Positions 1 to 8,531 are shown, numbered from the stretch's first letter. The stretch: DNA of 35,352 bases from an uncultured Patescibacteria group bacterium (GCA_934699595.1 CAKUWT010000001.1:419033-454384), one strand, 5' to 3'. Program-made: numbers and translations. The notes: generated by a model from the sequence alone, not told the origin.

Positions 1-941
1 ACGCTTCTAATTAAATCAATATGTGCTTTTCGCACCCCAATATCCTCCAAACGAGAAACCCCTTCGGACACATCCAAAATACGCATCACCACCTTCTCTC
101 CGTTGGTGGTCGGTAAAAATGAGACACGAAAGTCAATCTGCCGACCGTCGAAAGTGGCTGAGAAGCGACCATCCTGTGGCTTACGCTTCTCGTCCAAGCG
201 GGTGGAGGTTAGAATCTTAATCCTGGCAATCACCGCATTTTTAGTATTATTTGGCAATTCTAAACTAGTGGTCAAGGCACCATCTAAGCGATATCGAACC
301 AAGACCTTATCATCAGCTGGCTGGATATGAATATCAGAAGCCTTGGCATCAACGGCATAACGCAGAATAGTAGCAACAATTTTAGTAATCGGAGCATCTT
401 CTTTGATATGCTCCATCTCTGGCACCTTATCACCTCGACTTTCAGCCTGCTTAGCTTTAATGTCAGCGTCTAGCTGGTCCTCAAGTGATACCAAGGCATC
501 ACTGACATCCCCTTTTAGGTTAGCGTAAAAACTCTGAGCCCTGCGCAAATCAGCCGAAGAAATATAATAAATCTTGAACGGTAAATTATATTTTGTACTG
601 ATGAAATTCAAGACCTCACGAATCTGCAAATTATCGGGATTATTGGTCCCGACTTGCAACACTCCATCTTCCACTCCCAACGGAATAATCTGATAATGTA
701 AAGACGACTCTTCCGGGATATAGTTTAAAACTTCCTGATTGATAGAAAAGTCTTCGTTAATGAAAAAAGCTGGAACCTGGTAATAACCTGCCAACCAACC
801 GCTAACGGTTTTTGCGTCCACACCTGCTGCTAAAAGCGCACTCTCTACTGTCTCTTCCCGAGACTCAATTAGAGGCGACAGCTCCGCTATGGCTTTGTCC
901 TCTAAGAGCCCTTCAGAAACTAGATATCGTAAAATATCCAT
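1..941 (-). CDS. pilB: Type IV pilus assembly ATPase, PilB/GspE family, N-terminal ~313 aa (gene runs off the window start)
   Basis: Absent from the ORF track because it has no stop in the window. Hand translation of the minus strand from ATG 941-939 gives MDILRYLVSEGLLEEDKAIAELSP...EDAPITKIVATILRYAVDAKASDIHIQPADDKVLVRYRLDGAL...RKPQDGRFSATFDGRQIDFRVSFLPTTNGEKVVMRIL. This is a GSPII_E N-terminal domain followed by the start of the secretion ATPase core. The start lies 2 nt after the stop of the upstream pil-operon ORF. Confidence 0.8.
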   Translation of the reverse strand, partial: MDILRYLVSEGLLEDKAIAELSPLIESREETVESALLAAGVDAKTVSGWLAGYYQVPAFFINEDFSINQEVLNYIPEESSLHYQIIPLGVEDGVLQVGTNNPDNLQIREVLNFISTKYNLPFKIYYISSADLRRAQSFYANLKGDVSDALVSLEDQLDADIKAKQAESRGDKVPEMEHIKEDAPITKIVATILRYAVDAKASDIHIQPADDKVLVRYRLDGALTTSLELPNNTKNAVIARIKILTSTRLDEKRKPQDGRFSATFDGRQIDFRVSFLPTTNGEKVVMRILDVSEGVSRLEDIGVRKAHIDLIRS

Positions 942-943
942 AG

Positions 944-1285
944 CTACTCTTGATTATCTTCATTCACTTCAACTCTAGGCACAGCGGCACGAGTGTCGTA
1001 AGGTGAGAACAGGTTGTTCTTACCAACATTTTGTTCTGGTACCGGAGTCTCAAATGACTGCAAAAGACTGAAGCGAGGATCTTCGAAGATTCTAGTGTCT
1101 AATGTAATAGAACGTAATTCTGCCTGACGACTGATATAAACTTGAGTACGAGACAATAACTCTACTGAGACTGGGTTTGTCTCTAATGACAAAGCATCTC
1201 CTCCTCGCTGCATAAAGAAGTATGCTCCAGCAGCTAGCAGCAAGAGCAAGGTGAGAACAGTAAGAGTAATTTTAACTATCTGCAT
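944..1285 (-). CDS. Hypothetical membrane-anchored protein in the pilMNO-pilB operon (occupies the PilP-like position)
   Basis: 113-aa ORF with an N-terminal hydrophobic helix (LTVLTLLLLLAAGAYFF). It is tightly packed between the pilO-like gene and pilB. No recognisable catalytic motif. Confidence 0.5.
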   Translation of the reverse strand: MQIVKITLTVLTLLLLLAAGAYFFMQRGGDALSLETNPVSVELLSRTQVYISRQAELRSITLDTRIFEDPRFSLLQSFETPVPEQNVGKNNLFSPYDTRAAVPRVEVNEDNQE

Positions 1286-1294
1286 ATAAGATTC

Positions 1295-1897
1295 TTATTC
1301 ACTAATAATTTGACTATCACTTACTGATAATGATCGGCTGCTTTTGGTCTTCAAACTGTATACGTTGGCCGTGATTTCAAAGTCAATGCCCCCAGTATCA
1401 CTGGCTTCAATCATCAAATTAGCAATATCAAACTGATACTTATTTTTTTCTAGATTACGTAAATAATCTTTGATATTATCGTAAAAACCGTTGCCGCTCA
1501 CAATAAATTCGTGAGCTACTAGCTCCTCATCGTCCAAATTCTCAACATCATTATAGTTTATTACATCGTCAGCCTCTTCGTAAGTCAAACTTTCAATCAC
1601 CACTCCCGAGAGTTGGGCGATGTTCTTCAGGTCTTTCATGACACTAGCCGAATCCACCTCGTCAGGCAAATAGGTAATTAGATCTTGCTGCTTACTTGTA
1701 GGCACAGAATTAACTTGGGCCAACAGATTAGCTAGCTGGTCATTAACAGTCTTAACTTTCGTCAACTCTTGATTATACAAAGCAATATTATCTTGAGTGA
1801 CGCCAATTTCTTTAAGAGTAGGAACGATGTAGAGGAAAAAAATTGCTACAGAGATAGCCATCAGCGCAAATTTTGATATTACCGAAGAATCTTTCAT
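1295..1897 (-). CDS. pilO: PilO-like type IV pilus assembly protein
   Basis: 200 aa with an N-terminal TM helix followed by a coiled-coil-like segment (QDNIALYNQELTKVKTVNDQLANLL). It follows the pilM and pilN-like genes with a 3-nt spacing. Confidence 0.6.
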   Translation of the reverse strand: MKDSSVISKFALMAISVAIFFLYIVPTLKEIGVTQDNIALYNQELTKVKTVNDQLANLLAQVNSVPTSKQQDLITYLPDEVDSASVMKDLKNIAQLSGVVIESLTYEEADDVINYNDVENLDDEELVAHEFIVSGNGFYDNIKDYLRNLEKNKYQFDIANLMIEASDTGGIDFEITANVYSLKTKSSRSLSVSDSQIISE

Positions 1898-1900
1898 ACA

Positions 1901-2701
1901 CTAATCATTATTATCAACTTCTAAATGTTCACTGCTATCAGGAATTTGTTCATCATCAAATTCAAAGCCACTCTCTTCATCAAGCACCTCATCAGTATCA
2001 CTGATCGTAAATGTTTGCTGCTCCAAATCAGGGATGTAAGCAATATTACTAGGCTTTAGGTCAACCGTTAATGAGTAACTTACCTCATCGATGATGGCGG
2101 CAGATCCACCGTCAACTGCTTCGGTCGATCCAAAGCTAATTTCCCCAAAGACTGGACCGAGGACTGGGTCAATCTGCTGTCGATACGGACTCCGCTGAAA
2201 GATTAAAGCATCAATATTTGCTGCCACCACTTCACCAGTTAATCTGATACCAGCGTTACTCTTCTCGATCTCAATACTATTAAATCTGGCTGAGCGTACT
2301 GTACTCTCCTCAAGCTGTGTTAGTGCTTGCACCAAAGAGACGTGTTGCCCTACCAATTTACCCGTCTGTTTCAAACGACGATCAAAGCTGGTCACTCGAA
2401 GCATATCCTTATCACTAAAGCTGGTGGCGGCAGTGTCTAAATTGGCAACAGCTTGATTAAAAGTCTTATCGACGTAGCGTCCATAAAAAAAGACAAAGGC
2501 CGAAGCGAGGATGGTGGCTAAAAAAAGACCTGTACTGATTACTACCAACGGTATCACGCTAGTCTGGGCTCGTCTGCGCTTACTGGTCTTTTGCGAACTT
2601 TGTCTTGGAATAAAGGAACTTTGATTGGGGTTTTCTGGCATAAAGCAATTATAGCTTTGACTTGCTAAAAAATAAGCTACGTGCTGTGGACAGGTGGGCA
2701 A
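1901..2701 (-). CDS. pilN: PilN-like type IV pilus assembly protein (fimbrial assembly family)
   Basis: Short basic cytoplasmic N terminus, one TM helix (VIPLVVISTGLFLATILASAFVFF) and a periplasmic-type domain, immediately downstream of pilM. The track start at 2701 is TTG. An ATG at 2641 (MPENPNQ...) is an equally plausible start. Confidence 0.55.
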   Translation of the reverse strand: MPTCPQHVAYFLASQSYNCFMPENPNQSSFIPRQSSQKTSKRRRAQTSVIPLVVISTGLFLATILASAFVFFYGRYVDKTFNQAVANLDTAATSFSDKDMLRVTSFDRRLKQTGKLVGQHVSLVQALTQLEESTVRSARFNSIEIEKSNAGIRLTGEVVAANIDALIFQRSPYRQQIDPVLGPVFGEISFGSTEAVDGGSAAIIDEVSYSLTVDLKPSNIAYIPDLEQQTFTISDTDEVLDEESGFEFDDEQIPDSSEHLEVDNND

Positions 2702-2744
2702 GCACCCGTAAGAACTGAGGTGAAGATTCTACTTATCACCTATC

Positions 2745-3824
2745 TCACTCAAAATAGCGAAGGGCGGCACCGATGGCCGGAGTGAAGATTGTGCCAATTT
2801 CCTGAAGAGTATCAGCCATAAAAGCTGGGTACGCGACCTTGTCAAACGGCGTGGCAAAAATAACTTCTCGACTCATTCCCTCGTTCACAATTCTATCTAA
2901 ATCAGGAAAACTAGCCGCGCCACCGGTTAAGACAATCTGTTTCACCACCGCTCCAGAGCGCGCTTCGTACTCCTCCAGCACTTGTCGGAATTCGCGCAAG
3001 GAGCGCCCAAGACCAATTTCGGCTTGTCGAAAAGCTAACGGAAAATCAGCACTCTCCTTATCTAAACCTTGTTTCAAAATCTCAGCTTCAAGAAAACTAA
3101 GGTCTTTTTCTTTAGCTAAACGTATCGTCAGGTTACTACCTCCGTCCTTGACGCGATACATTCTTTGAAGCATCCCATCATGCACTATGTAGAACTTAGT
3201 AGTCTGAGCACCAATATCGATAATGGCTATGTCGGGGGTTCTGGCGGAATACAAACTCCGGATAGTGCTGAAACACTCAATCTCTGTCGGAGGTTTGGCG
3301 AAGTTAAGAGACTCCAGCAAGACTTTAAAGCGGTTAAGTGCATTATTTTGAATGGCTGCCACTAAAATATCTCGTGAGGTCTTACCGACCGCTGCCTTAG
3401 TATCCACCTCAGCCCAATCAAGTGTCACTTCAGAAATGGGGACAGGAATATACTTCCTCGCCTCTACTCGTACCCGTGAGGACACATCTTCTTTTTCCAG
3501 AGCCGGTAAAGACATTGTGGTCACAAAACTTGAGGCGAGCGGCATCGCAAAAACGGCATTTTGTGCTTTCACTGCCGACTCACGCAAAATATCGACCATC
3601 GCCTGTCTTTCCGCTTCCGATGATAACGACGCTGTTTCTCCCACCACCTTATCCTCATAGGGACCAAGTTGTAATTCGCCGTAAGTATTGAGTGTAATGA
3701 TACCGTTTTTATCTTGTAACTCAACGACCTTAATTGAGGACGATCCGATATCGATACCGACAACTCGACCGTCGTCAGTAGTTTTACTATTTGAGAATAT
3801 TGAAAGAAACTTTTCGAAGGCCAT
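2745..3824 (-). CDS. pilM: Type IV pilus assembly protein PilM (actin-like ATPase fold)
   Basis: 359 aa with VGIDIGSSSIKVVEL near the N terminus and a second phosphate-binding-like segment IAIIDIGAQTTKF, typical of PilM/FtsA-like proteins. The gene ends at TGA. Confidence 0.85.
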   Translation of the reverse strand: MAFEKFLSIFSNSKTTDDGRVVGIDIGSSSIKVVELQDKNGIITLNTYGELQLGPYEDKVVGETASLSSEAERQAMVDILRESAVKAQNAVFAMPLASSFVTTMSLPALEKEDVSSRVRVEARKYIPVPISEVTLDWAEVDTKAAVGKTSRDILVAAIQNNALNRFKVLLESLNFAKPPTEIECFSTIRSLYSARTPDIAIIDIGAQTTKFYIVHDGMLQRMYRVKDGGSNLTIRLAKEKDLSFLEAEILKQGLDKESADFPLAFRQAEIGLGRSLREFRQVLEEYEARSGAVVKQIVLTGGAASFPDLDRIVNEGMSREVIFATPFDKVAYPAFMADTLQEIGTIFTPAIGAALRYFE

Positions 3825-3881
3825 ACTAAATCTACTTTGTATTTTATTTTAGCATAAAATTAAATTATACTAGGAGAAATC

Positions 3882-4505
3882 ATGCACATTTGGCAAGTAG
3901 TTCTTGATATCTTTTTTCCCCCTCGTCCAGAAGAGATTATTCTTCGGAGAGCAAGTACTTGGATAGTCCTCGCTAACTACCAACCGTATGAGCTTCCGGG
4001 TGGACATTACTCACTTTTCCACTATCAGAACCCTATAGTACGGGCACTTATTAAGGAAAACAAATTCCATCACTCTCCACTAGCGATTAAGCTACTTGGC
4101 AACCAACTTCAAGCCTGGTTGAAAAATGATCTCGGGGGAACTGAAACTTTTTGGCTAGTCCCTATCCCCCTCTCTGCTCAACGAGAAAAAGAGCGCGGTT
4201 ATAACCAAGTGACTGAGGTCATTAAAGCTACTAGTTACAGACAGTGTCTACTACCACTTCTACACCGCCAACGACACACCCGTCCTCAGACCAGTTTGAA
4301 GAAAGATGAACGTGAGAAAAACCTTCATGGAGCTTTTGCCATTGATTACAACTCTTTAAAGAAACTACTTGCCGTGGGACCCGGAAAAATTATTCTAATC
4401 GACGACGTTTATACAACCGGCACCACCCTGAATGAGGCCTATCGCACTCTTAAGACTAATCTGCCGAAAGACTGCCCACTAACAGCCGTTGTCTTTGCGC
4501 ACTAA
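3882..4505 (+). CDS. comF: ComF family protein (phosphoribosyltransferase domain, DNA-uptake associated)
   Basis: 207 aa with a C-terminal PRTase motif ILIDDVYTTGTTLNEA and the ComFC-like segment ERGYNQV...RPQTSL...R..NL.GAF. It is divergent from the pil operon. Confidence 0.8.
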   Translation: MHIWQVVLDIFFPPRPEEIILRRASTWIVLANYQPYELPGGHYSLFHYQNPIVRALIKENKFHHSPLAIKLLGNQLQAWLKNDLGGTETFWLVPIPLSAQREKERGYNQVTEVIKATSYRQCLLPLLHRQRHTRPQTSLKKDEREKNLHGAFAIDYNSLKKLLAVGPGKIILIDDVYTTGTTLNEAYRTLKTNLPKDCPLTAVVFAH

Positions 4506-4575
4506 TTAATTGGCAAAAACATTGAAACCTGCTAGATTATCTCTGTTCATCGTTCTTTAACTATGGAGGAAAGTC

Positions 4576-4902
4576 ATGGCTTCAGATATTAAGATGCCGA
4601 CACTGTTGAGGCTCTGTCATCAGTACAAACTGGCACTGATGGCACAGGGCATCAGTGCCACCAGTTATCCACTCAACCAAGCATCTCCAACCACTGATCA
4701 GGCTCTGGCCCACGCGAGTCATATGATCACCAAAATAGAAAAGTTTATAACCCTTATCGATCTCCTGCCGCCCCAAGAGACACTCACCATGCTAGAGAAG
4801 CTTAATCGCTGGCTGGGTTTTGTTCAATGTGTGTTCTGGACGACCGGTCAATATACGGTTGATGAACTGCGCGAGCACATCATCAATCTCTATCAAGAGT
4901 AA
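4576..4902 (+). CDS. Hypothetical protein (108 aa)
   Basis: ORF preceded by GGAGGAAAGTC before the ATG and followed by a strong terminator. I recognise no motif with confidence. Confidence 0.4.
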   Translation: MASDIKMPTLLRLCHQYKLALMAQGISATSYPLNQASPTTDQALAHASHMITKIEKFITLIDLLPPQETLTMLEKLNRWLGFVQCVFWTTGQYTVDELREHIINLYQE

Positions 4903-4938
4903 CCCTTCCCAATAAGAGACAATCTTGGGACAAAATGA

Positions 4939-4975
4939 CGTCGCACTCTTTCAGAGTGCGACGCTTTATTTTTAT
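4939..4975. terminator. Bidirectional intrinsic terminator between convergent genes
   Basis: 11-bp perfect stem cgtcgcactct/agagtgcgacg with a 3-nt loop, followed by a T-rich tract (ctttatttttat). Confidence 0.7.
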
Positions 4976-4983
4976 ACTCTTTT

Positions 4984-5919
4984 CTACTTCGACACGGTCG
5001 CAACCTCCTTGGTCGGAATAGCTACCGAAAATGCGCTAACAATGGCCAAGATGGAGAGAATGACGAGCAGAGAATCTCCAGGACTAATGACGTACCAATG
5101 TTCAGCAAAGAATTTTCCACCGATAAAGACCAGTACTAAGCCAAGACCGTAGTTCAGGAAACGTAATTTATCGAGAAGGAACTCCACCACAAAGAAAAGC
5201 GAGCGGAGTCCGAGAATGGCGGCTACGTTGGCTGTCAAAATAATATACGGGTCTTGAGTAATAGCAAACGCCGCCGGAATGGAATCCAGCGCAAAGACTA
5301 CGTCACTCAGTTCAATCATAATCAAGGCAAAAGCTGACATCGTCAGCACCCAACGCCCATTCAACTTCACCACAAAGTGCTCATGGTGTCCCGTCTTTAC
5401 GTGAGGAATCCGTCGATATAACCAAGCTACTACTCGATTCTCTTTCAGCTCCTCGGCATCGCCATGTTCATTCTTAATCAAAATTTTTAACCCCGTGAAG
5501 ACCAAGAAGGCAGCGAAAAGATACATTACCCAGGAAAAGGTTTCAATTAGAGCAGCACCAGCAAAAATAAATACTAGTCTAAATACGATCGCTCCGAGAA
5601 TACCGAAAAACAGCACCCGGTGCTGATACTCCCGCTCAATCTTAAACAAACCAAAGATAAGCAACATCACAAACAGGTTATCTAAAGACAACATAGCTTC
5701 AGTGACATAGACAGCTAAATAGGTGCTAGCTTCCGTAGTAAATCCGTAAAACCACAGCGCCGCCGCAAAAGATACGGCTAGCACTACCGCTAAGCCAGCT
5801 TCAAGCAAAGTGGAGCTAATATGCGGCTTATGTGCTCGACGATTAAAGAGGAGCAAATCAAAGGCAACAAACGCTACGAACAGCACTGTGAATGCTTCAT
5901 ATAAAAAAGTAATCGACAT
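4984..5919 (-). CDS. TerC family integral membrane protein
   Basis: 311 aa, multi-pass, with both duplicated TerC signature segments EAMLSLDNLFVMLLIF and ELSDVVFALDSIPAAFAIT. Confidence 0.85.
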   Translation of the reverse strand: MSITFLYEAFTVLFVAFVAFDLLLFNRRAHKPHISSTLLEAGLAVVLAVSFAAALWFYGFTTEASTYLAVYVTEAMLSLDNLFVMLLIFGLFKIEREYQHRVLFFGILGAIVFRLVFIFAGAALIETFSWVMYLFAAFLVFTGLKILIKNEHGDAEELKENRVVAWLYRRIPHVKTGHHEHFVVKLNGRWVLTMSAFALIMIELSDVVFALDSIPAAFAITQDPYIILTANVAAILGLRSLFFVVEFLLDKLRFLNYGLGLVLVFIGGKFFAEHWYVISPGDSLLVILSILAIVSAFSVAIPTKEVATVSK

Positions 5920-6050
5920 GGCGCTTATTTTACCATGATTTAAGATAAAATTATGTAACCGTAAGAACGGGGGTATATTATGTTAGAGGAAAAAACGTAC
6001 ATTGGGACAAGCTCAAGAGAATTGGCGCTAATGTTATGGAAATAGCAGCC

Positions 6051-6153
6051 AAAGAGGAGAATCTTAAAACAAATTAACGTTGCTCTATCCTCACATTTAA
6101 CTATTTATAAGATTAATCTATATTAACTCCTGCGTAGTAGCGACACCTCTTTT
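6051..6153 (-). promoter_or_regulatory. Candidate yybP-ykoY (Mn2+) type leader upstream of the TerC-family gene (weak match)
   Basis: The minus strand reads AAAGAGGTGTCGC...(about 90 nt)...AAGATTCTCCTCTTT. AAAGAGG and CCTCTTT can close a P1 helix around a 103-nt element. The 5' segment matches 10/13 of my recollection of the conserved AAAGGGGAGUAGC, and the 3' side resembles ..AAGACCUUU. TerC-family genes are a classic target of this riboswitch class. The L3 motif UUGACAUA is matched only poorly (TTAATATA). Confidence 0.3.
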
Positions 6154-6372
6154 ATCCGAAACAAAACAAAATATATACACCCGGGTAGATTGACTAGACT
6201 CAAGGATTCTAACTCAACTTGTCTAGACCACCCTCCATCCCCCAAATACCACAAAGGCCTTCACTTTTATTAAAATCCAACTAAGGTACTGCTCCTAGTT
6301 CAGGGCTAGGTCTTAATAACCATTTCTAAACTTTTGTTATACTTACCTACTGAAAAGTAGTTTGTTGTTACT

Positions 6373-7056
6373 ATGAGAGACTTCACCAACTCATTCCTCT
6401 ATAATTTCAAACGCTCTTTTGTCGGGCGTAATATTTTTTGGCATCTACTGGCCGTTCTCCTTACTGTCGTCATTACGGCTTCCAATTTAGACTGGCATTA
6501 TTTTCTTTCAGTACAAAACCAAACTCTTCACCAGCTTTTCTCTCTCGCTATTCCTGCCGGTTATATTATCCCTATTTTTCTACCACCAATCCTCATTGCT
6601 CTGGGCTGGTGGCGACGGGATAAAATTGCTGAAATTTACGGACTGGCTTTAATGCAAGCCGCGGCCGTCGGCTGGGTTATTTCCGCTATTTACAAAGCCT
6701 TCACCAACCGTGTTCCGCCAGATATTTTTGACCAACTGATCAATTACAGCCGCGAGTGAAACTTTGGCCTCCTAAAGCAAAGCGTCTACTGGGGCTGGCC
6801 CTCTTCCCATACTACGGTAGCTTTTGCTATGGTGGACACCCTCATCGTTCTTCTTGGTAAAAACCGCCCCCTCACCCGCTGGGTAGCTCTCGTCTATACT
6901 TTTTATATCGGCATCGGTATCTCTTTTAGCGCCCACTGGTTATCTGAATTTGTCGCCGGCATTATTATCGGTACCGTAACCGGCGTTACTGTCGGCCAAT
7001 GGTGGAAAGAACATTTACCGACCTCACCCACTGGCGAAGATACACCCCGGCTTTAA
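6373..7056 (+). pseudogene. PAP2-superfamily phosphatase-like membrane protein interrupted by an in-frame TGA (6757-6759)
   Basis: ORFs 6373-6759 and 6829-7056 share one frame. Reading through the TGA gives ...YKAFTNRVPPD...YSRE*NFGLLKQSVYWGWPSSHTTVAFAM...SAHWLSEFVAGIIIG. These are the K..R.P, PS(G/S)H and H...(D/E) PAP2 motif positions, spread across both halves. Confidence 0.6.
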
Positions 7057-7063
7057 TCAGCAT

Positions 7064-7083
7064 TACATAGGACGGTCCTATGT
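7064..7083. repeat. Palindrome tacataggacggtcctatgt (copy 1 of 2), probable hairpin/terminator
   Basis: 9-nt arms acataggac/gtcctatgt. A related copy at 7953-7972 has compensatory central changes. Confidence 0.6.
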
Positions 7084-7222
7084 CGCTGACAAGTACATCC
7101 ATGATATAACAGACAGGAGTAGCTCAAACTCCCCAAGGGTTTACACCCTTACTGTATTTCGAATGCGACGCTTTCCACCTATACTACTTGAAGTCGTAAA
7201 ATATTCTAACGTATAGCCCAAC

Positions 7223-7888
7223 CTACCGCCAATCAATCGCCACCCCACCTTGTCCCTCCAGGTATTTATTCGTCTCACTAAAGTGATGGTGGCCGTGGAA
7301 AAAGCGTGCCGATAGCGGTGACGGGTGTCCACTTTCTAGGACCAGGTTTTTAGTGCGGTCGATATGGGCGCCTTTTTGCTTAGCGTAGTTACCCCAGAGC
7401 AGATAGACAATCCCTTCCCGCTCGGCGTTCAGCTTGGTAATAACGGCATCGGTAAATTGTTCCCAGCCTTGTCCTTGGTGAGAAGCGGCCTCGTCCGCTC
7501 GGACGGTCAGGACGCTGTTTAACAGCAATACTCCCTGCTCCGCCCAGCGAGAAAGATCAGGAGATGGGTCTGGCTCAATACCGAGATCTTGCCTAATCTC
7601 TTTAAAAATATTGCGGAGCGAGGGCGGCGTAGCTACCCCTTCACTTACCGCAAAAGCTAAGCCGTTCGCCTGCCCCTCTCCATGGTAAGGATCTTGCCCC
7701 ACAATCACCACCCGCACTTGCGCAAACGGGCACAAATCAAAAGCTCGAAAAATATTTTTTGGTACTGGGTACACCACTTGACGCCCGTACTCCCCCTTAA
7801 CAAAATCTGTCAGTCTCGCCCAATATGGTGCGCGGAATTCTATCCCCAATGCTCGTCGCCAAGAGTCGTCAATTCGCACCGTTCTCAT
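7223..7888 (-). CDS. ung: Uracil-DNA glycosylase, family 1
   Basis: 221 aa with the GQDPYH water-activating loop (VIVGQDPYHGEGQANGLAF) and HPSPLS (ESGHPSPLSA). Confidence 0.9.
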   Translation of the reverse strand: MRTVRIDDSWRRALGIEFRAPYWARLTDFVKGEYGRQVVYPVPKNIFRAFDLCPFAQVRVVIVGQDPYHGEGQANGLAFAVSEGVATPPSLRNIFKEIRQDLGIEPDPSPDLSRWAEQGVLLLNSVLTVRADEAASHQGQGWEQFTDAVITKLNAEREGIVYLLWGNYAKQKGAHIDRTKNLVLESGHPSPLSARFFHGHHHFSETNKYLEGQGGVAIDWR

Positions 7889-7952
7889 AGTTAGGGTATT
7901 TTAGCATTTTTACCCAACCTACCGCAGCTGCGAAGAATTACCTTTCACACAA

Positions 7953-7972
7953 TACATAGGTCGGACCTATGT
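7953..7972. repeat. Palindrome tacataggtcggacctatgt (copy 2 of 2)
   Basis: Same outer arms as 7064-7083. The central GGAC.GTCC is changed to GGTC.GACC, so pairing is preserved. It lies between the tRNA-Thr 3' end and the ung start. Confidence 0.6.
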
Positions 7973-8020
7973 GTAAAGATCTATATAAACCGAGGCGACT
8001 TATCCTGCCCATGCTACATG

Positions 8021-8093
8021 AGCCACCTCGCAGGATTGAACTGCGGACCTTGTCGTTACGAGTGACACGCTCTACCAACTGAGCTAAGGTGGC
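8021..8093 (-). tRNA. tRNA-Thr (anticodon CGU)
   Basis: Minus strand gccacct ta gctc agttggta gagc g tgtca CTCGTAA cgaca aggtc cgcag ttcaatc ctgcg aggtggc t. This is a canonical 73-nt cloverleaf with U33, A37 and an A31.C39 mismatch. CCA is not encoded. Confidence 0.8.
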
Positions 8094-8234
8094 TTGCTCA
8101 AGTCCGATTACTATAACAAAATTTAGCGGTAAATTTAAGTTTAACCAGAGAGACCGTCTAGTATTAGAAAAACTATTTTTTTATGGTAAACTGACGCTAC
8201 TTATGGTTTTATCATAAGTAGAAAGTTTATATTG

Positions 8235-8257
8235 ATGAAGACGTGGCTGAGTGTTCA
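8235..8257 (+). repeat. Fragment copy of the tRNA-Ser 5' end (3 upstream nt plus positions 1 to about 20)
   Basis: atgaagacgtggctgagtgttca versus atggagacgtggctgagtggtcg at 8353-8375. The core agacgtggctgagtg (15 nt) is identical. Confidence 0.7.
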
Positions 8258-8354
8258 ATGAAGAAAGAGGCTTTTAAAGCAACTATTCTGAATTAATGAT
8301 TAATACTTAACCATACCTCTTGCTGTTAAAAGGGTTGTAATGTAAAGCATACAT

Positions 8355-8441
8355 GGAGACGTGGCTGAGTGGTCGAAAGCACCTCACTGCTAACGAGGCA
8401 GGGTCTAAAAGCCCTCGGAGGTTCGAATCCTCTCGTCTCCG
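8355..8441 (+). tRNA. tRNA-Ser (anticodon GCU), class II with long variable arm
   Basis: ggagacg tg gctgagtggtcgaaagc a cctca CTGCTAA cgagg cagggtctaaaagccctc ggagg ttcgaat cctct cgtctcc g. CCA is not encoded. Confidence 0.9.
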
Positions 8442-8506
8442 CTAAGTCTGTGACTAAATATAATTAAGTTACAAAATCTTAAAAACAAACCGCACTCTGT
8501 TTGGGC

Positions 8507-8531
8507 AAAAACAGTCTGGGAGACTGTTTTT
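8507..8531 (+). terminator. Intrinsic terminator after tRNA-Ser
   Basis: aaaaacagtct ggg agactgttttt. Perfect hairpin with flanking A and T runs. Confidence 0.7.

Noticed and set aside
23-330. Plus-strand track ORFs 23-220 and 103-330
   Set aside because: They lie antisense inside the clearly recognisable pilB coding region and are Arg/Ser/Pro-rich shadow frames.
2839-3763. Cluster of five track ORFs overlapping pilM: four antisense (plus-strand, including 2839-3168, 3352-3660 and 3422-3691) and one same-strand out-of-frame ORF (3569-3763, minus)
   Set aside because: pilM has strong family motifs on the minus strand. The overlapping frames have low-complexity Ser/Thr/Arg composition typical of shadow ORFs.
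6757-6759. TGA recoded as Gly (genetic code 25, as in Gracilibacteria/Absconditabacteria) or as Sec
   Set aside because: pilM ends naturally at TGA, and long conserved genes (ftsH, recG, secY and the 1301-aa ORF) are open under the standard code with no need for TGA sense codons. I noticed no tRNA-Sec-like gene (anticodon TCA) in the intergenic regions I examined by eye, though the window was not searched exhaustively.
7217-7925. Integron-type gene cassette for ung (the repeat reads GTTGGGY on the ung strand, matching the GTTRRRY core)
   Set aside because: There is no attC-like imperfect palindrome with an inverse core RYYYAAC between the ung stop and the core site. There is no integrase and no neighbouring cassettes. 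The resemblance to the 7-nt core is too short to count.
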